Assembly (NCBI GenBank): GCA_951406725.2
Contig: OX597826.1
Span: forward strand, 37,014,001 to 37,078,000
DNA length: 64,000 bases
Direction of reading: 5' to 3'
Source of the DNA: Octopus vulgaris
Taxonomy: Eukaryota
A model generated the notes under the pieces. That model worked only from the letters and a program-made list of their open reading frames with translations, made no database searches and was not told where the DNA came from. A program made the position numbers and the translations under genes. Of this stretch, positions 54,432 through 64,000 are shown piece after piece. How positions within the stretch are numbered: the first letter of the stretch is position 1; every line of letters starts with the position of its first letter.

Positions 54432-54640
54432 TGGTGGTTTCAAATTTTGGCACAAGGTCAGCAAGTTCATAGGCGGTGTACATCGATTACATCGATCCCA
54501 GTGCATGACTGGTACTTATTTTATCGACCCCGGAAGGATGAAAGGCTAAGTCGACCAGGGTTGAATTTGAACTCAGAACATAAAGACTAACGAAATACTG
54601 CTAAGCGTTGGTCTAGTATGCAAATGATTCTGCCAGCTCA
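54432..54640 (-). mobile_element. SINE family B
   Basis: TTTGGCACAAGG..TTTATCGACCCCGGAAGGATGAAAGGC..GAATTTGAACTCAGAA..GATTCTGCCAGCTC. Confidence 0.88.
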
Positions 54641-54931
54641 ACTGAACAAGCATTTTTAGCTGGTCAGAAACGACGAAATTTGACAAAATTCAGTCATAGA
54701 GCAAACGCAGAATCCGTACGAAAGGAAACGAATGTAATAATTATTACCTTTTGAGGAAACGCAGTAAATTTGAACAAAAGATATGGTATGAACATCAGCC
54801 ACACGCTGGAACGATCTGTAATAATTACAAGATTTTATAGGATTTCTTCATAATTACTGACCATGCTTTTGAAGCAAGATCAAATTGATGTCTCTGTCTA
54901 TCTCTTATTCCTTCTCCCTCTCCCTCCATAA

Positions 54932-54932
54932 G

Positions 54933-55023
<91 letters not shown>
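54932..55023. repeat. (GATA)n microsatellite
   Basis: direct reading. Confidence 0.98.
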
Positions 55024-55995
55024 TATAGCGTGTGAGATCATAGGATTTCTCTACCTTATCGTACAAATGTTGATATTGAGAAAGGTGAGAAAACAGAAAA
55101 TGTCAGAATCCAGACCGAGAGAAGAGACAACTGTTTCTGGGGTACTTGCGCATGATGTACAACACCCAACTTACTGCCCGAGTGGTTGGCTGAAGGTTAT
55201 TAGAATCGTGACATCTATTCTCGTCCAGTACAAAAAAGGTTACGTATTCTGCGAGAATCCTATGAAATAATCTTGAAGCTTGCTAGGCTTGTATAAATTA
55301 GCATATAATAGCTTGGTGAATAACAATAATTTCGATAGTGATACCTCTAGATGCCTTTATTACACACATGCATGAATGAAATCCTCCTCACGCATTTTAC
55401 ACAGATCTTTATAAATGGGCTCTTGTTGTTTCCATGTTGGTAACAACTTAGTATGTTTGTTGGTTCCTATGTTTTCTTTTCAGTTGGGAAACATTGAATT
55501 CGGTGTTTTTGATTATCGAAATCAAAATGAAGATTTCTCTTCTAAAATTCCCAGAACTTCTCACTGGTGGTGTGATGTAAATATCAGACCTCAGGGCCTC
55601 AGGTTACTCTTATTGTTTGCGTTTTGTTTTAATTTTCAGCTTCAACTTTTCTAGGAGAGTTGACTAGAAAAACCGGGGGAAGTAAATGGCATTTACTGCC
55701 ACACATGTAGTAGTTGGACTTTCTACACCTCACAAACAATTTTTCTCTCTGAAAATGAGACATCTCTCCATATTAATTTTTACATTCTCGGAAGTCATTA
55801 TTATTTGTGTACGCAAAGAAGAACCTACCCGAATACAAATTACTAAAGGTCACGTGACCGAATACCACCTGCCTACATTATGGCATGAAGGGTATAAAGA
55901 AGGTTATCATCATCTCAGTTATTTTCACGGTGACCCCTCAATTTTTCGTCCATATTTTGGGGCACTTAGCTAACGCACAGGCGAGCTAAGCACTA

Positions 55996-56052
55996 GCAAA
56001 GGTCAGCAAGTTCGTAGGCCGTGTACATCAATTACATCGATCTCAGTGCTTG
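55996..56052 (-). mobile_element. SINE family B tail fragment
   Basis: AAGGTCAGCAAGTTCGTAGGCCGTGTACATCAATTACATCGATC closely matches 54454-54497. Confidence 0.75.
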
Positions 56053-57554
56053 AATAATAGACACAACTTCATCATATCTGTACATTTTACCCTCCTTCAA
56101 AAAGATACAAACATATTTAAAATTCCTTGGAATTAAAGACACACAAAACATAGTGACTTATACTATGAACACACTTCGCTGTGAAGCTATGCAAAATTTC
56201 GTTTAAACATTGGCGGAAATATTCGAAGGTGGCTTAGTTTATTGGACTTTAATATTTCTAACCAAGAAATCTGAATACAGTACTATATTTAAGGGATGAG
56301 GAATTATATACATTATTTACATTTGACGGATATTTGTCTTTTTTTGTGTTAACAACACAGCGTGTAATATTATTATAACCTCCTGTATTATAAATTCCGA
56401 AATTTCAACACAATGATGTGCAAAAATTGTACAATGAGTATAATATTTTATCGAGCACAACGCAAATTGTACTCAAGCATGTCCTTTATAGCATGACGTC
56501 TTATTTCTTTATCAAGAATATCATCATTTTTTTTTTAATTCTCTAAAATAGTATGAACTCCTATAACAGGAATTCATATTTATACGCTTTAAGAAGGCAA
56601 CGTACGATTGCTGTAAGTTTTAAAATTTGAATAAGAAACAAACTATAAAACAAAAATAATAAAAGTAAAACATACTTTTTAGACTGTACCTGGTTCCTGT
56701 TCAGTAATTGTATCTCAACAATACTGAGCAAGGCACGTAACACGACTTTAGAGATGTTCTTCGTTCACCCAATTAGTTTATCAGTTCAAAATAATGAAAT
56801 TCACAATTCTTGGTCGTTTTCTTGCCTTAAGTTCTAATCTGTGCCCCAATCTTTTATTTAATTGTCTTCTTTATCTCGCATCGCAGTGTTATCTGTGTTG
56901 AAATCCTGATTCTGGCTTTGCAGCAGATTATTGATCCTTGAAAGAAATTTTCAAAACAACATCAAGGTCTTTAAGAAGCCATGTCAAGCAACGCGGGACG
57001 ATAGCATGATCAATTTTCAGATCTTTTTATCTCTTTCATTGATCCTACAGGTTTCTTCAAAAATGTTCCCAGTCGGTTATCCACCCGCCATTTGTTCTTT
57101 GTATGTTAAACTCTAAACCACTTGCTAAACCAGTCATTATAAAGTTTAGGATGTTAGGGAACAATAGCTCCAGGGAGACGTTTCCCTTGTCGGAAATGTA
57201 TTGCTTTAAAAAAAAATCATGTCATTTAATTTATTTATTTCCTTTCGTAGCTGCCGTAATTTTCTTTTCTATCACATATTATTCTAACTCACTCTGGTTT
57301 ACTCCATATTTTATCCAGTTATCTGTTACTTTGTATGTCACAAAACCTGGATACCTCATCCATGTTTCTATGTAACGCTTTTCAAAATTACGTCGTTTTT
57401 TTTCTCCTCTTTTATAACAAAGGTATCAAAATGTACAATCTGAATAATATCAGAGATTATTCATATCAAAGATTATACTATCATTTTCCTTTTGTTCTGA
57501 AATGAGCTACGAACGGTCTATGAACAATCTCTTGTAGATGCAGACTTGTATGAG

Positions 57555-57592
57555 TGTGCACACACCCACACACACGAACGCACGCACACACA

Positions 57593-57681
<89 letters not shown>
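57555..57681. repeat. (CA)n(TA)n microsatellite
   Basis: direct reading. Confidence 0.96.
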
Positions 57682-57685
<4 letters not shown>

Positions 57686-57912
57686 GTAATATGTGGCTAT
57701 TATTCGGTAGCCATGATAAAACTCGGATGCCGAGGTGGAATTTTTCCGATGACCGGATAACTGAAGAGATGACGGCGTGGATTTCCACCCCGGCATCCGA
57801 AACTCGGAGTTTATCATGGGTACCGAATAATAGTCACATATTGCATTTACAGATAAATCCCTCTATTTACATAATATCTCTTTCATTCTTTTGTTGTCTT
57901 ACCATTTTTATC
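57681..57912 (+). mobile_element. Penelope-like pLTR module with inverted 5' duplication, between (TA)n tracts
   Basis: 57681-57741 is an imperfect reverse complement of 57781-57849; contains a canonical hammerhead core; T-rich 3' end. Confidence 0.75.
57756..57815 (+). ncRNA. type-I hammerhead ribozyme motif, canonical core
   Basis: GATAA-CTGAAGA-[GATG.CGG.GTGG-ATTT-CCAC.CCG.CATC]C-GAAA-CTC-G-GAG-TT-TATC; long stem II; 1-nt-loop stem III of the dimer-dependent type. Confidence 0.75.
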
Positions 57913-57935
57913 AATATATATATATATATATATAT

Positions 57936-58248
57936 ATAACAACAAAATAATAAATAAAATATATGCATATATACATACATATAGGTACGTACCTACATTT
58001 ATATGTATATGTACATATATGGGTACAGGACACCAAAAAACGTCGAACACAATGTCTTGTACTCTTTTTTTCGTTGTTTAGAAAAATGTCCATTTCCTTA
58101 GTTTTGTGTTTATGTTTTCGTTTCTCATTGTGTACGACGTTTTTTGGTGTCCTGCTCCCATATATGCATGTATATATACATATATATGTAGGTACGTACA
58201 TATATGTATCCATATATGCATATGTTTTATTTATTAATTTGTTATTAT
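57936..58248. mobile_element. fold-back module (probable PLE terminus with inverted duplication)
   Basis: about 57940-58054 pairs with about 58126-58245 (core CATATATGGG..CAGGACACCAAAAAACGTCG.ACACAATG); 71-nt spacer. Confidence 0.65.
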
Positions 58249-58287
58249 ATGATGGAACGCCACGCATCCGCTTCTAAGTAAGTTTTA

Positions 58288-58425
<138 letters not shown>

Positions 58426-59838
58426 ACAGGCTATAAATAATGGTCATTACATATTTTTTCTTTATTGGATTAAATTTGGCTTACAGCTGTATGTCGTCAT
58501 AGGTTCGTTACTGATAGGTTTACTCAATCCATTTATTGATCAGTTGAGAAAAGTTGAACGATCTAAAACATTAATGCTGCTTTCGTCAGAGCCATTTCTC
58601 GTAATTGATAGTTATATATTTATATATACGTGTAAATATCCTCAAATTCACAGTAATCTAGATAGTCGGTTACTACACTTATGTGTTATGATATTACAAA
58701 TTACAAATATTGACAGTTTCCAATTATATGTACTAACATTCTACTCAAATGTATATAATACCAAACGAATATCTATGCAGAACTTATGTTTACTGCCTGA
58801 TTGGAATTTGGTCACACGTAGTTTCACATGGAATACCAAGGAAATGTTAGATGTCATATTATCGCATTCGAAATAGCATCGTTTCAATACACACCCCACA
58901 CACGGTTACAGACACCATATAATATGGCTATGGTGGTTTAGCAGTCATCATAAAATAGATGCGGACATGTTAAGTATTGAGTCATGTCCGCTGCTTATGT
59001 ACAAAATTCCTCTCGAAAATTATATCTCACTTTCCAGTCACTTCAATCTATCTAATTAACTAAACATACTTAACTTCAAAATTCATCAGCAGACAATACC
59101 TTTCCACTCTCCCCATGTGGCCATGGAGCCTGACATGTATAAGCACGTAAATGATGGAATGGACGATCAGAGCCAGAAAATAAACGAGTCATTTTAAAAC
59201 AAATTAAGTAGTTCGAATATTGTATAATGTGGAAGAATTCTTCACACCATTTTATCCCTCATGCAAGGGCGTTCAGCCTCAAAGCATGTAACGCATGTCA
59301 ATTTATAAATATATTAGATTGTTATCTCTGTTTTCGTAATTTGCAATTAAACTATTTTTATATGGTGCTAGACCATTATTGAAGCATTTACTACTGGAAT
59401 TATCTACTAAACAATTCTTTATTTGCGTGTACCAACTAGAAGTAATTTCAACATAAGTGTTGTCGTTTATCATGGTAAATTCCTTAAAACTAATTTATTC
59501 TCAATGATATTGTTCGCTATTATTTTCATCATCATTAAAAATACTCTCTCATGTTTTCTTTAGCTTTTTTTTTACACGACCAAACGTTCTTGTCTCAATG
59601 AAATATTTTACAGTAAATCATGAAACCAGTAATTAGTAGAAGTGCTAATGTTTGCACTTGTATTGCATGATATGCTTACTTGCAATGCTATGGAGAATCC
59701 AAATATAAGCCAACCATATCATTGTTGGACAGAGCGTTATAAACAAAAGCAAATAATTTATTACACAGACATAGCAAAATTTCTAGTAAGCTATCACTGA
59801 ACTCCTAGCATAACATTTATTATGTGTTTTATGATATA

Positions 59839-60353
59839 TGACTAGCAGATATGGTAAACATTAGTATAGAAAATTAGGCTTTTATTAGTAAAGCACAATT
59901 GCATAAAATTAATTTAGGAATGCTCTTGTCAGAAAATGTTTAGCTTTTCAAGGAGCGACATATGTTATTGAATATATTTGGTGAAAACAAATGAGTGACT
60001 TTAAAATAGTATTTTTAATATTGCTCTGTAACAACGCTAGGGCCATCCTATTTAGTGACAGGTCATACAGCTCCTACAGCTTATAAATTATGATAATTAT
60101 AAGAATTTTGTCCTACTTAGTGTCTTTTACCTGTCACTAAATAGGATGGCCCTAGCGTTGTTACAGAGCAATATTAAAGATACTATTTTAAAGTCACTCA
60201 TTTGTTTTCACCAAATATATTCAATAACATATGACGCTCCTTGAAAAGCTAAACATTTTCTGACAAGAGCATTCCTAAATTAATTTTATGCAATTGTGCT
60301 TTACTAATAAAAGCCTAATTTTCTATACTAATGTTTATCATATCTGCTAGTCA
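59839..60353. repeat. 225-bp near-perfect inverted repeat with 65-nt spacer
   Basis: 59839-60063 versus 60129-60353; three mismatches seen on manual comparison, no indels. Confidence 0.97.
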
Positions 60354-60856
60354 ATAATGTGAGAGTTTTCATCTCCCTTTGTCAATTACTTATATATCAA
60401 TATCTAGAATGAATCGTTTGAGGATTTGGTTTGGGTCTGAAACAGATTAGAATAAATACAATGGGGTCGAAACCGATATTCACTGGGTGTTAAAATATTT
60501 TAATGCATTCCTTAAGTTTCCCTACCCCAACTGTTTCAACACATAGCCCAAAATATATTAAAAAAAACATAATGATATAAATAAACTTATAGTTTCTAAG
60601 TACTTTCTGTGATTACTTTAACAACAAAAGCCGGGCAAACATACCCATATCTGAGCGGCTACTAAGTTTAGTTATTAGGATCGATTTTGCAAGCTTCAAG
60701 TCGTTGAAGAGAGTTAACATGTTGTGAACAGTCATATTAATTGTGTGGGAGCAAAGTTGCGTTAATTTACTAGTATTCGTACTAGCGTCTAGCATAAAGT
60801 ATATAGTTTATTCGGCTATACACAGAATAAACACTTGTAGATTGAAATCTTGTCAG

Positions 60857-60905
<49 letters not shown>

Positions 60906-60921
60906 TGTGTGTATATATATA

Positions 60922-61153
60922 TGTTTCGTTTTGGGATTTGGTTTGCAAGTTCGTGTGTTGAAGCATATTCTGTTGTGTCTGGGGAGAGTCATTCTCTTTG
61001 AGTACCTTATTATTTAACACACTCACGGGTAAAATTTCCACTTATTTCATCATTTTATTTTCCTAAAATTTTCATTGCGTCTTGCAACATTTTCAATAGT
61101 CTTGTGTTAAATAATAAGGTACTAAAAGAGAATGACCCTCCCCAGACACAACA

Positions 61154-61154
<1 letters not shown>
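60922..61154 (-). mobile_element. Penelope-like pLTR module with 52-bp inverted duplication, between (TA)n tracts
   Basis: 60970-61021 pairs with 61103-61154; hammerhead-like motif in the spacer. Confidence 0.65.
61062..61099 (-). ncRNA. minimal hammerhead-like motif (U3-A8 variant)
   Basis: CTA-TTGAAAA-T-GTTGC-AAGAC-GCAAT-GAAA-AT-TT-TAG: 5-bp stem II, palindromic AATT stem III, 3-bp stem I cut short by the inversion junction. Confidence 0.45.
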
Positions 61155-61214
<60 letters not shown>

Positions 61215-62102
61215 AATGAAATTTAGTTCTCGCACAAATATTTTTTCCTGAATCTTCATTTCCTCTCTCTTTCTATCTTTTCTTCTCACCTGCTCACTCT
61301 GCGTATGTACACAAACATCCATAATCACATATGTGTATTGAGATGAACACACGAACACATACACTCACACACACATTATACGAAGAGGGCATTCATTTTC
61401 TCCTGTTGAATTTCCCCCTTTTCTGTCCAAATATATGTCAATCATGGAATTTTCCTATTATTATCTTTTCTATTTGCACAAAAGTATTAAATACAAAGAA
61501 AAATGGATAGAATCTTATTCGAATTCTTGCTGCTTTCAGAAGAACAAACCAAAGGTCAACACGGAAATATAATTCGTTTCATGACATCTACAATGTTTCC
61601 TTCACTTGAATCAATCCTTTGATGTATTCGCTGCATGCAAGGATAAGCATCTCGTCTGTCCAACCACGTAATGCCACCATTTTCAAAACACTTTTAGAAA
61701 CAGAGGAAGAGAAGACTATTTTAGATGAGTGCGAACATAGAAAATGAACTCAGCTATTTTTCTTGTTATAAAAAAATAACTAATTGTGAGTGTCTGCGTA
61801 TTTGATGGTCTGTACATGAGAGAGAGTTCGCTTCCTCGACTTATTCTGTATCACTCTCCGTTCTCCGTATTACACCATTAAATATTGTTGTTGTGGTGTT
61901 TTTCTGTTATTCAACTTAACCACAATAATTATCCTCACATTTCCTCGCTCTTTCGCCGATTTTCTCTTTCAAACATATTTCAAAATACTATATACAACAA
62001 TAAGCCAATTATTGTGTTTGACTCCTCGAATCGCAGTTATATGTGACTGGCCGATTGTCATCACTATTGGAATAATGCATATTACTATGTATAACATAAA
62101 TA

Positions 62103-62214
62103 AATGAAAAACAAAGTCAACCTCGGTGGAATTTGAACTGAGAATGCAAAGACGGACGAAATGCCGCTAAGCATTTCGTCCGGGATGCTAACGATTCTGC
62201 CGGCTTGTCGCTTT
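62103..62214 (-). mobile_element. SINE family B, 5' half
   Basis: CAAAGTCAACCTCGGTGGAATTTGAACT..GAAATGCCGCTAAGCATTTCGTCCGG..GCTAACGATTCTGCC. Confidence 0.88.
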
Positions 62215-62249
62215 AGAATTAGTTGCATATTAACTGCTTAATATTCTTT

Positions 62250-62465
62250 TCCATAAAAGACAAGAATGTTTCTTCTCTGAGGTAGTTCTGGTCAAAGACA
62301 TTGTGTAGTGAAAGCAACTACAAAGCTTGACGAGAGAACCACACATCTTCGGCAAAGCCAGCATTAATTTTCTCAAGTTCTACTTTGAAAGAAAGGTGAG
62401 GCTGACGAGAATGTATTACTTCCAGGAAAGTTTTTGTATTTGGATCCTAAAGTAGTTGTTTAAAA
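62250..62465 (+). mobile_element. possible L1/Tx1-type LINE ORF2 3'-end remnant
   Basis: INFLKFYFERKVRL resembles the C-terminal helix of Tx1-like ORF2; otherwise decayed. Confidence 0.3.
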
Positions 62466-63219
62466 GCCGGGGATTATAATAGAGACAGGGCACTTGGCAA
62501 TGAAGGTAATTATATATCTATTTTTTGGTTTCCTTCATTGGCCTTAGATCAGGCTGTCCTCCATTCCTGCTTGATACATTCACTAGTATTACAATTACTT
62601 AGTTATATCACGTGGTACTGGGAACATATAACCTCGTGGTTGGGTGAACAGCGATCAAACTTTTGGTCATCCTGAAGAGTAGAAAACAATGAAAGTCGGA
62701 CGAGTTCGAATGAGTCAATTGCTATAATGTAGGTATATTTACATTAACCATGCGTGTTAGGTGGCATGAATTCATAACATTCAAATCAGGAAAGGGACAA
62801 GTAATATTCAGAACCACAGCTTCGGAGTAGGAGGCAGTAGGTTAAGGGGGAACTTGTTGAGTTGGCAATGTACCGTCATGCAGTGTTTGATGCCATAATT
62901 CATAACAAACAACAGGAATGAGGTCTTATGCCTGGATATATAACAAATTAGATAACACTGCAATGTCTTTACAAACGTTGGATGTACCAGTAGCTGATTT
63001 TGCAGCTAAATATTTCTTTCGGATAGCCTTCGTTTTCCTTATCATTCAGATGAGCAGACACCCTATTGGCGAATTTGAATGGTAGGGCTTTCTGTGTTGT
63101 TGACAAGTTGGTTATCGGGATTACAACTTGAGGGTCTCTGTATATTTGCTTTGGTGTACCAATGTTGTTTTCCTATTTCAACTAACAGGCCACACCAGCT
63201 GTGGGTACTTCCCTGTTAT

Positions 63220-63224
63220 TTCTT

Positions 63225-63313
<89 letters not shown>

Positions 63314-63372
63314 CATTATTATCGTCGACGTCATAATCATCGTCATCATCGTTTTCATCATCATCGTCATTG
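63220..63372. repeat. (CTT)n(ATT)n(CAT)n microsatellite
   Basis: direct reading. Confidence 0.96.
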
Positions 63373-64000
63373 TTTTTGTAACGTGTTTTTCTTTTTCTTT
63401 ATTGTAATTTGATTCTTCAAGGTAAGTCTGTCACTTGAAAGAAACAAAATGTACCTAACCAGACATAATAACAATAGATAAATACACTTTCCGTGGTTTT
63501 TCTTTCCTGCTGTGTTATTTCATGTTTTACAGAGACAAACAAACTAAACTAAACTAACAATTCAGAGAAGAAAGAAGAAATGTTATAACAGTTTGACTGT
63601 CGAAAATTCTTGACTTATTTTTTTAGTCAGACTTCATGTGAAACTTGATGTAAACTGAACCGTTTCCACAATACTCAACTGATTGCAAAGTTTTAATAGC
63701 AAATAATAAAATATACATTACGTACTATTAGAACTAATTCAAAAACAAGCGTTGATTTAAAGAATCTAAACACAAGGTGTGCCGCTGAGATTCTTACCGG
63801 GCGGTGACTTGCGAGTGACGGCTGAGCATTTTTTAAGAAGTAGCAACACATTTTAAAATGATCGAATATCACGTCTATCACAAACATAGAAATGGTAAAT
63901 AGGTAAAAATGTGATCTTTTATTTAATGTTTAATATTTTATATTTCGGTGATTTTCCTCTCAAAGCATCATAAAACTAATTTTTCTTTGTTTTTTCTACA

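Noticed and set aside
55848-55859. Perfect palindrome GGTCACGTGACC (E-box/CLEAR-like)
   Set aside because: A single site with no promoter context.
59958-59983. Resemblance to miR-190 inside the long inverted repeat
   Set aside because: Needs several insertions and a seed change; AT-rich coincidence.

Overview
AT-rich eukaryotic (animal) genomic DNA with no host protein-coding gene that I can support; most likely a large intron or intergenic stretch. The two abundant tRNA-derived SINE families and the dense (TA)n/(CA)n/(GATA)n/(AAT)n/(GAA)n microsatellites look like those of Octopus genomes (inference from recalled repeat sequence, not a search). Almost all ORFs in the track are microsatellite translations. 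Recognisable elements are a full-length decayed DD34D mariner (20578-21819), two R4/Dong-type LINE pieces, a Penelope-like GIY-YIG fragment, two hAT non-autonomous elements with 8-bp TSDs, RTE, L1/Tx1 and possible Gypsy remnants, and about ten SINE copies. Two signals stand out. The first is a set of minimal type-I hammerhead-ribozyme-like motifs in short Penelope-like modules flanked by (TA)n, in which the core 3-8 base pair co-varies (C-G, U-A, A-U) between unrelated copies. The second is an unusual number of long fold-back structures, including a 225-bp near-perfect inverted repeat, which would be dsRNA substrates if transcribed.
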